Source: an uncultured bacterium
GTDB lineage: Bacteria; Hydrothermota; Tepidihabitantia; B3-TA06
Direction of reading: 5' to 3'
NCBI GenBank assembly: GCA_964624585.1
Contig: CAZUXE010000007.1
Coordinates: forward strand, 736 to 64,735
DNA: 64,000 nt
The notes beneath the pieces were generated by a model. That model was not told where the DNA came from. It saw only the letters and a program-made list of their open reading frames with translations, and did not search any database. Made by a program: the position numbers and the translations under genes. Positions 29,276 through 38,703 of this stretch are shown here, one piece after another (positions within the stretch are counted from its first letter, which is position 1; the number at the start of each line of letters is the position of its first letter).

Positions 29276-30202
29276 TTACTCTACAGGACGAAGCTTTACG
29301 TTACCTGTTTCGCTTGATGCACGAAGACGAAATTTGCCATTCTTTAAGTTATTTCCAATAGTGCCTATTTTATGACGTTTTAGCCATTTTTCGCCGTGGG
29401 AAATATTATCGAAACCTTCCACTGAAACCTCACCTACCGAAGAGGTTTTAAGGTCAAAATCTATGTAACTTTTCTCAAGCAAATAGGTTTTAATTGAACC
29501 ATGCTGACTAGTTAAATTTAAGTCTGCATTTACAGTGGTATCAATAGAAAGAATATGTATGGTTTGACTGCCATAGACAGTTGATATTACAACTTTGGAA
29601 GAATCACACAATGTGTCAATACTACAATCTATATTCCCCCAACGAGAGTTGAGTTTTTTTATTCCGCATTTCATATGTTCAAGTGTAATATCACCTGAAC
29701 CTGTACTCAATATTGGAGGATTAGCTAAGCCGTTTAATTTTATTTCGCCAATGTCATTAGACAAATCGCATAATATATTTTCAGGAATAGATAGATAGAA
29801 ATCAACTTGATATTCATTTATATCACTGATAACTTCAACAAATGTACTTATTGAAATTACTCCTTCTGTGGAATCACAGTCGATACTAACTTCGATATCT
29901 TTTATACCCTGAAGCGCTTCATCATCATTTGTAGAGTAACAAATCTTATCGTATTCGATATATATTGAATCGATTGCATTTGTCTCAACTTGTATATTAC
30001 CAGCTTCGTTTTTAATTTCAATAGTTTGATATCCAGAAGCGCTATAGATTTTTTCGTGTGTTTCTGACAATTTTGTATCTGCAACAACTTCGCAATTTAG
30101 CATCGCGACAATTAAACTAAGAAAAACGGGTAACAGCAGCAGCTTGAATTGGCTTCTCATTTCGCCTCCAAGAGTATTTTCATTATATAAATTATGCTCC
30201 AC
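29276..30202 (-). CDS. Secreted hypothetical protein, DUF4097-like putative adhesin / beta-repeat
   Basis: 308 aa. Signal peptide (LLLPVFLSLIVAMLNCEV). Repetitive beta-strand rich C-terminal half ending …GKFRLRASSETGNVKLRPVE, reminiscent of DUF4097 repeats. No catalytic motifs recognised. Confidence 0.4.
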   Translation of the reverse strand: MEHNLYNENTLGGEMRSQFKLLLLPVFLSLIVAMLNCEVVADTKLSETHEKIYSASGYQTIEIKNEAGNIQVETNAIDSIYIEYDKICYSTNDDEALQGIKDIEVSIDCDSTEGVISISTFVEVISDINEYQVDFYLSIPENILCDLSNDIGEIKLNGLANPPILSTGSGDITLEHMKCGIKKLNSRWGNIDCSIDTLCDSSKVVISTVYGSQTIHILSIDTTVNADLNLTSQHGSIKTYLLEKSYIDFDLKTSSVGEVSVEGFDNISHGEKWLKRHKIGTIGNNLKNGKFRLRASSETGNVKLRPVE

Positions 30203-30578
30203 TCTTAGGTATTGTCAAGTAAGCTATACAAAGCTTCGCTTTGTATTTTGGAGTTTGTAGAACAAACTCCAACTACATTGTTTTTTTAGGAGTTATCTAA
30301 TAGCTTTATTTTATCTTTGGGAGTGTACTAGCTCCAGTTACCTTGGACTTAGTTTGCATATTGATAATAAGGACGATAAAAACTCTATTAATAATATCAA
30401 AATCTATAAAGACATAACTTGCGATAAGCATAATCTTAGTATAATAGTTAGAGGAATTGAAGGTTTCACAAATAATACGGCGTTGAGAAATCAGAGTATC
30501 TATTACTTAGAGCATTGATAAAACTGAAAAAACGATGTCTTCAACTTGACAGAGCTATATTTCTACTTAGACTTCGGT

Positions 30579-31514
30579 ATGTCAGCATTATCAAAATCCA
30601 TATACCTAGCGTGGCGAAAGTCAAAACTTACCAAAGAAATTTCTTTCAAGGCGGAATTCACGCAAGCTAAGCATTTGTTGATACGTCTTGCCGAAAAACC
30701 TCCGTATACACTTTCCTCATTATATTCCTTAGCTTCTATAAAACGCAACAAGAAAAGCCGTAAAATTACTGTTCTAATACCGCCGGATGCCAAAATGCTG
30801 GTTGATGCTTTCCCTAATCTTTTTGAAAAAGTAATCGAGGTGGAGTCTACACCGTTTTACGGTGCTGCAAGTTTCAAATCTCTTAAGGAAAATTTAGCGT
30901 CATCCAAATATGAAGTCTTTATAGATTTTGATTTAACCCCCTTGCCGGAATTGGCAGTTCTTTCTAAAGCTCGTTTAAGAATGGCCTATTTTCAAAAAGA
31001 TTTGTATCCCTATTTCAATATCCTTTTCCGTGCGTCACAAACTGCCGATATCTTAACAAGGGCAAGCTTGATGACTCGTTCCTTGATTGGAGACGCTGAG
31101 CCTGTTAATTCACTATCTCGCCCCCAAATCATCAAACGTGATGCCGGAGAATGGTTAAAATTAAAGGGTATCAAGAGGGGAAAAAACTATCCTTTGCTTG
31201 TATCGTCAATTCCTTTTCAGTTAAATTTATTGGATAACTGGTATATACTTAATCCTGAAAAATGGGAATCTGAGACGAATAAAATTAAAGCTTCTTTGAT
31301 TGCAGAAGCCTCGGCCTATCTTGGAAGCTTAGATAGAGGCTTTGAAATTGCCTATCTCTTGGGGACTCCAATAATAGCTCTGCTTAACTCGGAAGAACAG
31401 AAAGCGCTACTTCCTGCTCCTAATATAACTCCTATTGTCCCTTTAATTAAACACTCTCAAGATTCTCTGGGACAGGAATCACTCAGGGAAGCCCTTTCAG
31501 CAATTGCACCTTGA
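30579..31514 (+). CDS. Hypothetical protein, weakly glycosyltransferase family 9 (heptosyltransferase)-like Rossmann-fold protein
   Basis: Start placed at the ATG at 30579. The ORF-track TTG at 30546 is in frame. C-terminal GFEIAYLLGTPIIALL resembles the GT9 DSGPMHLAAALGTPxVALFG motif but is degenerate. Stop overlaps the start of the downstream kinase gene. Confidence 0.35.
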   Translation: MSALSKSIYLAWRKSKLTKEISFKAEFTQAKHLLIRLAEKPPYTLSSLYSLASIKRNKKSRKITVLIPPDAKMLVDAFPNLFEKVIEVESTPFYGAASFKSLKENLASSKYEVFIDFDLTPLPELAVLSKARLRMAYFQKDLYPYFNILFRASQTADILTRASLMTRSLIGDAEPVNSLSRPQIIKRDAGEWLKLKGIKRGKNYPLLVSSIPFQLNLLDNWYILNPEKWESETNKIKASLIAEASAYLGSLDRGFEIAYLLGTPIIALLNSEEQKALLPAPNITPIVPLIKHSQDSLGQESLREALSAIAP

Positions 31515-32701
31515 ATCTTAGAAGATTTCTACAGCTTTACGCCGTTGCCGGTATAATAGTTCTTGCTATTTTCTGGGCATTCTATTCCCAAAGATTACTC
31601 AGACAGCTTGAAGACGCTACCCTTTTTCGCTCCCGACTCTATGCTAAATATATAAGTACACTTTCTCCTTCACAGACCAATGTGTCGCTTGAAGATATTA
31701 TCTTTGAAGAGGTGTTTGATAAAATTGATTTCCCGGTGGTAATTAGTAACACCAAGGGGAATCCGCCAAGTTTAAGGAATGTTCCTAATAAAGATACTGT
31801 AGGGAATAACTTATCCGCAGTAATTGAAAAACTGGACAAGGAACATCGTCCAATCCCTATAAAAGCTATTATACCTGTAATAGATACAATAACAGGCGAT
31901 ACAATTGGCGTAGATACAAATACCCTAAGTATTCTCCATTATGGTTCACCTAAGTCATGGAAAATGCTCCAGTATTTTCCATTAATCCAGATATCATTCA
32001 TTGTATTTTTTGTAATACTCGGGTTTGTATTTATCTTTGCATCGGCTAAAAGGGCGCAAGACAGGTTATGGGTTGTGTTGGCAAGAGAAGCGGCACATCA
32101 ATTGGGTACACCTGTATCATCCCTTATGGGCTGGAGTGAACTTATACGCCCTAAGATATCTAAGGAAGCAGCCGATGAAATTCATGCTGATTTGGAAAGA
32201 ATTAAAGGAATTCTAAATAGATTCGCCCGTATTGGCGATAAGCCAAGGCTTGAACCTCATCCTATTAAACCTGTAATTGAAGCTACGCTTGAATTTATGA
32301 AGCACAGGGCGCCTTCCAGGATAGAATTTACATACAGTATTCCCGAAAACATCCAACTGCTTATGGACCCCACACTAATCTCCTGGACACTTGAGAATCT
32401 TATACGTAACGGGATTGATGCAATAGGTCGAAAAAAAGGTAGCATCCACATTGAAGGACATCCTTTAGCTAAGGGAAAGCATTTTGAGTTGACAGTAACT
32501 GACTCAGGAGCAGGTATTGATGCTAAGCACGCGCGCGATATATTCAGAACCGGTTTCACTACCAAGAAACATGGTTGGGGAATAGGCTTAGCTCTTTCTA
32601 AAAGGGTCATTGAACATTTTCATAAAGGAAAGTTAAAAATGAAATCATCCAAACCTGGTAAAACAGTTCTTTCAATTATTCTTCCACTATGGCACGAATA
32701 A
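31511..32701 (+). CDS. Sensor histidine kinase (two TM helices, HisKA + HATPase_c). No response regulator adjacent.
   Basis: 396 aa. TM1 (AVAGIIVLAIFWAF), TM2 (ISFIVFFVILGFVFIFASA), H-box EAAHQLGTPVSSLMGWSEL, N box ENLIRNGIDA, G1 DSGAGID, G2 GWGIGLALSKRVIE. TTG start overlaps the upstream TGA. Confidence 0.8.
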   Translation: MNLRRFLQLYAVAGIIVLAIFWAFYSQRLLRQLEDATLFRSRLYAKYISTLSPSQTNVSLEDIIFEEVFDKIDFPVVISNTKGNPPSLRNVPNKDTVGNNLSAVIEKLDKEHRPIPIKAIIPVIDTITGDTIGVDTNTLSILHYGSPKSWKMLQYFPLIQISFIVFFVILGFVFIFASAKRAQDRLWVVLAREAAHQLGTPVSSLMGWSELIRPKISKEAADEIHADLERIKGILNRFARIGDKPRLEPHPIKPVIEATLEFMKHRAPSRIEFTYSIPENIQLLMDPTLISWTLENLIRNGIDAIGRKKGSIHIEGHPLAKGKHFELTVTDSGAGIDAKHARDIFRTGFTTKKHGWGIGLALSKRVIEHFHKGKLKMKSSKPGKTVLSIILPLWHE

Positions 32702-33504
32702 AACCAGGCGATTTAGTCCTTTTTTACCACGATGCCAATCTCCAGTATTTACGCAGAGTAATGGCTAATGGCGACTTTCAATGCCACAAAGGAAGACTTC
32801 CGTGGCAAGAAATTTACGAAAAGGAATACGGCAGTGAGATTAAAACCCATATGGGATTTAAGTTTCATTTACTCCACCCGTCAATAGCCGACTCAATGAT
32901 GGGTGTAAAACGTAGAACGACCATTGCTTATCCAAAAGACGTAGGTTACATGCTACTTAGAGCATCCATATATCCCGGTATAAAGGTTGCCGAAGTCGGT
33001 TCCGGTTCAGGAGCCTTGACCTCTGTTTTAGCAAAATACGTACAGCCACATGGACGAGTGTTTTCATTTGAACGTCGTCCTGAGTTTTCCAAAAACTCTT
33101 TACAAAATGTTGAACGACTTGGCCTTGCCGAATTTGTAAATTTTGACGTCAGGGATGTGGCCTTGCAAGGCTTTGGGGTTAAAGATATTGACGTATGTGT
33201 TGTTGATGTACCTGAGCCATGGACTATAGCTCCTCATGCAGCTCAAGCTCTTTGCAAAGGTGGTCGTTGGGTATCTTTGAATCCATCGACAGAACAACTT
33301 CAGGAAACACGACGGGCCTTGGAAACGCTGGGGTTTAAACGATTTAGCGTGTGGGAAATAATGCTGCGAGAAATGTATATCCGTCCGCAAGGATCACGTC
33401 CCAAAGAAAGAATGATAGGTCATACCGTCTACATGGCGTTTGCCGATTACGCGCCTGAGGACTCTAACTCTATTCTACAGGACGCAACTGATCCAATAGC
33501 CTAA
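32689..33504 (+). CDS. trmI: tRNA (adenine58-N1)-methyltransferase TrmI (GCD14 family)
   Basis: 271 aa. SAM motif VAEVGSGSGALT, VDVPEPW motif characteristic of the TrmI/Gcd14 family. 13-nt overlap with the kinase gene. Confidence 0.75.
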   Translation: MARIKPGDLVLFYHDANLQYLRRVMANGDFQCHKGRLPWQEIYEKEYGSEIKTHMGFKFHLLHPSIADSMMGVKRRTTIAYPKDVGYMLLRASIYPGIKVAEVGSGSGALTSVLAKYVQPHGRVFSFERRPEFSKNSLQNVERLGLAEFVNFDVRDVALQGFGVKDIDVCVVDVPEPWTIAPHAAQALCKGGRWVSLNPSTEQLQETRRALETLGFKRFSVWEIMLREMYIRPQGSRPKERMIGHTVYMAFADYAPEDSNSILQDATDPIA

Positions 33505-33708
33505 AGACAACTATCCCTTCGATATCAGCTTCTCTTCTAAAGCTAAGGGCTTTATTGAAAACGCTTCTTCAAATAATACCCCAAGCGACACCAACATTCT
33601 TGCAGTCTTTCATTTTTATTGACATTGACCTTCTTAAGGCTTAGAATAAGTTAAATAGAATTCAAACATCAATTCCAGCAGGAAATGTCCTGTAGGAGGT
33701 AGAGTGAA

Positions 33709-35088
33709 ATGATAAGTTATCTCAAAGAAATTCTTTCCCATATTCCCAGCGATTACGGCGAATTACGCTACCACGACCGTTGTGTAAACGCAGTAGTCGT
33801 CCGCAAGGGTGAACCAGAAATTGCGCAGTCAAACTGTCTTACCGGTGTAGGGGTCAGGGTTATGGATTCCGGCAGATGGGGGTTTTCAAGCACCGCAGGT
33901 AAAGAACGAAGAAGTATAATTAATGCAATTAACGATGCTGTTACATCTGCAAAAGCTATGCGAAAAACAAAAAAGAAACTGGCTCCGGCGCGCTTGGCAA
34001 AGGGAGAATTTAGACCCGAAATTAATGATCCTGTTGAAAACCACTCCATTGAAGAGAAAATACAGCTTGTAAAAAAAGTTGAAGCAAAGGCAAGAAGTTA
34101 TGATAAGATTGTATCCGCCTCCTCTGCATATGTAGAAATTCTTGATAAAAAAGCGATTGTTACATCGGACGGAGCGGCTGCATTAATTACTGATGTAAAA
34201 CCTGAATTCCGCATCTCCGTAGTCGCTCAAGACGGTTCAAACATGGTTCAAGCCTTTGAGTCAATCGGCGTTACCGGAGGCTGGGAAGATATCTGGCGCT
34301 ACGGTACATGGGAAGAGATGGTCAGGCGTGCGGTAAAACGAGCTGAACGTCTCCTTAAAGCAGAACATCCCAAAGGTGAAAGAATGACTGTTATTCTCAA
34401 TCCTGAAATGGCTGGTCTTATTGCACACGAAGCTATAGGTCATACCGTTGAAGCTGACTTCGTTAAATCGGGTGCGGCTTCGCAAGGCAGGATAGGAGAA
34501 CGTGTGGCAAGTGAACTGGTTACCCTTGCCGATTCAGGACCATCGGTTCATATTCCCGGTGCTTGCGGAACATTATTGGTAGATGACGAAGGTGTACTTA
34601 CTGAAAGAACAGTAATTATAGAAAACGGCGTATTGAAGTCCTACCTTCATAACAGAGAAAGTGCCGCTGAATTTGGTGTGGCTCCCACTGGAAATGCACG
34701 GGCCTACGAATATTCTGATGAACCAATAATCCGAATGCGCAATACCTATATTGAACCTGGTAAAATGAGCTTAGATGAACTTATAGCAAATACTGACAGA
34801 GCGCTTTTGCTTGAAGGAGCCTTAGGCGGACAGGCTGACGCAAACGCCGAATTTATGTTCGCAGTACAGGAAGCAACCTTAATTGAAAAAGGAAAACGAA
34901 AAGGTAGCTTCAAAGGAGTAACTATATCAGGTAACGCGTTTGAAGTGTTGGAATCGGTTGACGCCATTTCCAGTGAGTTCCGTTGGGCGCTTGGCGCAGG
35001 CTATTGCGGAAAATTCCAAAGGGCAAAGGTGGACGCCGGCGGAGCTTACATACGCTGTAAAGTTATTATTGGAGGCCGACATGAGTAA
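33709..35088 (+). CDS. tldD: Metalloprotease TldD
   Basis: 459 aa. PmbA_TldD family with HExxxH (HEAIGHTVEADF) and GxC motifs. GGAGG RBS upstream. Confidence 0.85.
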   Translation: MISYLKEILSHIPSDYGELRYHDRCVNAVVVRKGEPEIAQSNCLTGVGVRVMDSGRWGFSSTAGKERRSIINAINDAVTSAKAMRKTKKKLAPARLAKGEFRPEINDPVENHSIEEKIQLVKKVEAKARSYDKIVSASSAYVEILDKKAIVTSDGAAALITDVKPEFRISVVAQDGSNMVQAFESIGVTGGWEDIWRYGTWEEMVRRAVKRAERLLKAEHPKGERMTVILNPEMAGLIAHEAIGHTVEADFVKSGAASQGRIGERVASELVTLADSGPSVHIPGACGTLLVDDEGVLTERTVIIENGVLKSYLHNRESAAEFGVAPTGNARAYEYSDEPIIRMRNTYIEPGKMSLDELIANTDRALLLEGALGGQADANAEFMFAVQEATLIEKGKRKGSFKGVTISGNAFEVLESVDAISSEFRWALGAGYCGKFQRAKVDAGGAYIRCKVIIGGRHE

Positions 35089-36418
35089 ACTTACTGATAT
35101 ACTGCAAGAAGTTACTAAAAAAGCTATGAACAAGGGAGCAGATCAAGTTGAGGCATTTGGCCAGATTTCTGAATCCAGAGAGGTATGGTTGGAAGCTAAT
35201 AGCATTAAAATGGCCAAAAGTACGCCATCAAAAGGTATAGGTCTACGAGTTATAAAGAAAAATTCTCTGGGCTTTGCATCGGTAAACCAGTTGGAAGATT
35301 TAGATACTGATAAACTTGTTGATACCGCCTTTTCTATCGCGTCGGCAAATCTTACAGATAAATTCGTAACAATTCCTGAACCGCGTAAAGTTGTAGGATT
35401 AAAGAAATTATACGACCCCAGATTGGCAAACCTTCCTTTGAAAGAAGTTATATCCATGGCTAAAACCTTGCTTAAAACCGCTAAGGGTTATGATAAACGT
35501 GTAACTGTTGACTCTGGCGGCATCTTTGTAAATGTCGGCGAGAAAGCTATTGTAAACTCACATGGACTTATTCTAATAGAAAAGGGAACTGACATATCTT
35601 CTTTACTCATGGGAATGGCAAAGGATAAAAAAGAAGTTTCATCTTTCGATATCCAATTTGATGGTTCATTAAAACTTTCAAAGATTAAAATTGAATCTTT
35701 GGCCAAGGTGTTTGCAAAAAACGTTGTAAAGTCATTAGGAGCGAAAGCTGCAAATTCTTTCAAAGGTATAGCCCTGTTTTCACCCAACGCGGTTGCCGAA
35801 ACCTTCCTTTATCCTCTTTCCTATGCAATAAACGCACAGAATGTTCAAAAAGGAATGAGCGCACTTGGAAATAAGCTAGGGAAGAAAATAGCGCATAAAG
35901 AATTAAGCATAATTGATGACGGCCTTCTTCCAGACGGTCTGGCAAGCTCTGCATTCGATAGAGAAGGACAACCAAAAACAACTACATCTATAATTAAAAA
36001 CGGCGTACTTAAGACCTACTTGTATAACTCATATACAGCAAAAAAAGAAGACAAGAAATCCACCGGACACGCCTCTGGAGGCTACCGTTCCCTACCAGGC
36101 ATTGGCACAAGCAATCTAATTATATCACCCGGGAACGCGACTAAGTCAGAACTCATTAAATCTATCAAAGAAGGAGTCTTGGTTACAAGATTTTCCGGAA
36201 GTGCCAACCCGGTAACCGGTGATTTTTCAGGCACTGTCAAAGGTGGATTCTATATACGAAATGGAAAGGTTATCCATCCCATTACCGGAACAATGATTGC
36301 CGGAAATGTCTTTGAAAGTTTGAAAAAAGTCGTAGGAATATCAAATAAATTGACCAAGGTTTTTTCGTATCATCTCCCCTACCTTGCAATTGCCGATATT
36401 TCAGTTACATCAAGCTAA
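35081..36418 (+). CDS. pmbA: TldE/PmbA-family protein (non-catalytic partner of TldD)
   Basis: PmbA_TldD family fold, no HExxxH. Start set at the ATG at 35081, with a GGAGG RBS and 8-nt overlap with tldD, rather than the in-frame upstream start at 34940. Confidence 0.75.
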   Translation: MSKLTDILQEVTKKAMNKGADQVEAFGQISESREVWLEANSIKMAKSTPSKGIGLRVIKKNSLGFASVNQLEDLDTDKLVDTAFSIASANLTDKFVTIPEPRKVVGLKKLYDPRLANLPLKEVISMAKTLLKTAKGYDKRVTVDSGGIFVNVGEKAIVNSHGLILIEKGTDISSLLMGMAKDKKEVSSFDIQFDGSLKLSKIKIESLAKVFAKNVVKSLGAKAANSFKGIALFSPNAVAETFLYPLSYAINAQNVQKGMSALGNKLGKKIAHKELSIIDDGLLPDGLASSAFDREGQPKTTTSIIKNGVLKTYLYNSYTAKKEDKKSTGHASGGYRSLPGIGTSNLIISPGNATKSELIKSIKEGVLVTRFSGSANPVTGDFSGTVKGGFYIRNGKVIHPITGTMIAGNVFESLKKVVGISNKLTKVFSYHLPYLAIADISVTSS

Positions 36419-36447
36419 CTGACAGAGACTTTATTTTACCGCAATAG

Positions 36448-37761
36448 ATGACCTTCAAGCAGAGTATTCGTTTTCTGTTATCTTTAGTTGACTACGAACG
36501 CTGGACGTACCGCAACTATAATTTTAAGCTTGATGACTATCGTAAATATCTAAGAAAGATAGGTAAACCTCAGCAAAATCTTGCTAAGGTTGTTCTGGTT
36601 GCCGGAACCAAGGGAAAGGGTTCCACAGCAACTATGCTTGCGGAAATACTTAAGTCTCATGGACATAAAGTTGGTTTATATACATCTCCTCATCTACTTG
36701 ACTACAGGGAAAGAATTCGAATAAATGAAAAAAGCATTAGCGGGAAAAAGTTTGCCGATATTGTTACTAGCCTGAAATCTTCAATCTTGAATCACAAGCC
36801 CCTAATAACCTTTTTTGAAGCAATGACCACTATAGCCTTCCTTCATTTTGCACAAGAGGCTACTACCGTGAATATTTTAGAAGTAGGCTTGGGAGGAAGG
36901 CTCGATGCCACAAACGTCTGCTCGCCTGAACTTTCTATAATAACACGCATTGGCTATGACCACACCCAAACACTTGGTAAAACCCTTGACAAAATTGCTA
37001 CTGAAAAATGCGGTATTCTGCGAAAAAATAAACAGGCCATTATTGCCAAGCAAAGACCAACAGCCTTAAAGACAATAACTAGACTTATCAAAAATAAAAC
37101 TGCTAAAGGCTACTTTTATAAAAAAGATTATTGCGCAAACTTGACAGCTGAAACAGCCAATGGAATCACAGGAAGCTACAAGGGATTTAATTTAAATACC
37201 AGTTTTTTACTTTCCCTTATGGGTATACATCAAATAGAAAATGCAGCCACGGCCATAGCCGCAAGCCAATTACTCTGCTGTGAAAAGTTTGATGAAGGAA
37301 AAATGCAAACCGCTCTAACAAAATTGCATCTACCTTCAAGAATACAAAAGCTGCGGGATAAGCCCACTATTATTCTTGATATGGCGCATAACAGGGAATC
37401 GGCTGAATCATTGCTAAAGACACTTGAAACGCATTTTAGTAATAAAAAACATAGAGTACTTCTTATTGGTTTTAGCAAGTACAAAGATAAGAATTGGATT
37501 CTAAGAAAACTAACACCATTCTTTTCCGAAATCTGGATAACTTCCGCTAACTTAGACCGCGCGGATGAAAAGGAATCTATCTATAACATATGCAAAAATA
37601 TCCACAATAACTGCCGCCTAATCAGCTCGGTTAAAGCAGGAATCGAACGCATTTTGTCAAAACTTAATAATAACGAAATGCTGGTTATAACAGGCTCAGT
37701 CTATATAGCAGGAGAAGCCTTAGAGGCTCTCAAGGCTAGAGAAGGGGCCAAGGTTAAGTGA
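36448..37761 (+). CDS. folC: Folylpolyglutamate synthase / dihydrofolate synthase FolC (Mur ligase family)
   Basis: 437 aa. P-loop VAGTKGKGST, Mur-ligase middle and C-terminal domains, LDMAHN motif. Confidence 0.8.
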   Translation: MTFKQSIRFLLSLVDYERWTYRNYNFKLDDYRKYLRKIGKPQQNLAKVVLVAGTKGKGSTATMLAEILKSHGHKVGLYTSPHLLDYRERIRINEKSISGKKFADIVTSLKSSILNHKPLITFFEAMTTIAFLHFAQEATTVNILEVGLGGRLDATNVCSPELSIITRIGYDHTQTLGKTLDKIATEKCGILRKNKQAIIAKQRPTALKTITRLIKNKTAKGYFYKKDYCANLTAETANGITGSYKGFNLNTSFLLSLMGIHQIENAATAIAASQLLCCEKFDEGKMQTALTKLHLPSRIQKLRDKPTIILDMAHNRESAESLLKTLETHFSNKKHRVLLIGFSKYKDKNWILRKLTPFFSEIWITSANLDRADEKESIYNICKNIHNNCRLISSVKAGIERILSKLNNNEMLVITGSVYIAGEALEALKAREGAKVK

Positions 37762-38703
37762 TAAAACAGACCTGCAAAGTCTTGCTTCATAACCTACAAT
37801 AGTTTGAGTCAAAACCATGGCTTCAACAACCGCATTTTGGTTTATAATAGTATTGGAAATAACGGAGTTACGAATTTCTGCACCTGAAGCAATGGAAACG
37901 TAAGGGCCTATTATTGAATTCTGTATAGTTACGTTTTCCCCAATCCAACATGGCGGTTTTATTAAGGAATCACTCACCGGTACTATTCTGGAAGATGAAG
38001 CCAGCAATGTATGGTTTGCATCAATAAGTGCCTGAGGAGTACCGCAATCCATCCAATTGTCTACTCCAAAAGTAATAAGCTTCTCTCCGCGAGATAAAAG
38101 GATAGAAAGAGCATCAGTAAGCTGGTACTCACCACGCGTACGAATATCTTTATTGATTAACTCAAGAATAGCTTCTCTCAATCTTTTTGCTGATGGCAGA
38201 TAATACACACCACATATAGCAAGCCTGGATTTAGGATTTTCAGGTTTTTCCACCAGTTTCGATACATAGTTTCCTTCAAGTTCAATAACCCCAAATCGAC
38301 GCGGGTCTTCAACCTCTCTGGCTGCTAAAAACCCAACACCATCTTCTAAGGATTCCAGAACTGACTGTAAGTTAAAAGGAATAATGGTATCGCCAAGCAT
38401 TATTAAAACAGACCCGCTATCTGCTTCATCCAAACCTTGAAAAACAGCATGCCCTAAACCCAGGGGATTTTCTTGTACACGAAAAGAAATGTTTTTATCA
38501 GGATACTTCCCCTTTAAGAATGAGGGTATAGGTGAAGCAGGAGAAACCACAATTCGTATTTCCTCAACTTCTGAATTCTCCAAAACGGAAAGTATGTGGC
38601 CAATAATGGTATCGCCGGCTACAAACAACAGGGACTTTGGTAGCCTGAGAGTGTAAGGACGAAGTCTTTTACCTATACCTGCAGCCGGAATTATTACCTT
38701 CAT
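37720..38703 (-). CDS. Sugar-phosphate nucleotidyltransferase (NTP_transferase domain + left-handed beta-helix), e.g. mannose-1-P guanylyltransferase / glucose-1-P thymidylyltransferase-like
   Basis: 327 aa. N-terminal MKVIIPAAGIGKRLRP (GxGxRL pyrophosphorylase signature), C-terminal hexapeptide-repeat region. Last gene of the PTS operon, with 4-nt overlap with the isomerase gene. Confidence 0.7.
   Translation of the reverse strand: MKVIIPAAGIGKRLRPYTLRLPKSLLFVAGDTIIGHILSVLENSEVEEIRIVVSPASPIPSFLKGKYPDKNISFRVQENPLGLGHAVFQGLDEADSGSVLIMLGDTIIPFNLQSVLESLEDGVGFLAAREVEDPRRFGVIELEGNYVSKLVEKPENPKSRLAICGVYYLPSAKRLREAILELINKDIRTRGEYQLTDALSILLSRGEKLITFGVDNWMDCGTPQALIDANHTLLASSSRIVPVSDSLIKPPCWIGENVTIQNSIIGPYVSIASGAEIRNSVISNTIINQNAVVEAMVLTQTIVGYEARLCRSVLSLNLGPFSSLESL

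Noticed and set aside
30250-30271. GGAGTTTGT-agaa-ACAAACTCC inverted repeat in the divergent intergenic region between the DUF4097-like gene and the GT9-like gene
   Set aside because: No gene terminates into it on either strand. It could be an operator site, but a single palindrome with no partner regulator gene nearby gives insufficient evidence.
34940-35080. Longer pmbA ORF starting at 34940 inside tldD
   Set aside because: 141-nt out-of-frame overlap is unlikely. The ATG at 35081 has a GGAGG RBS.
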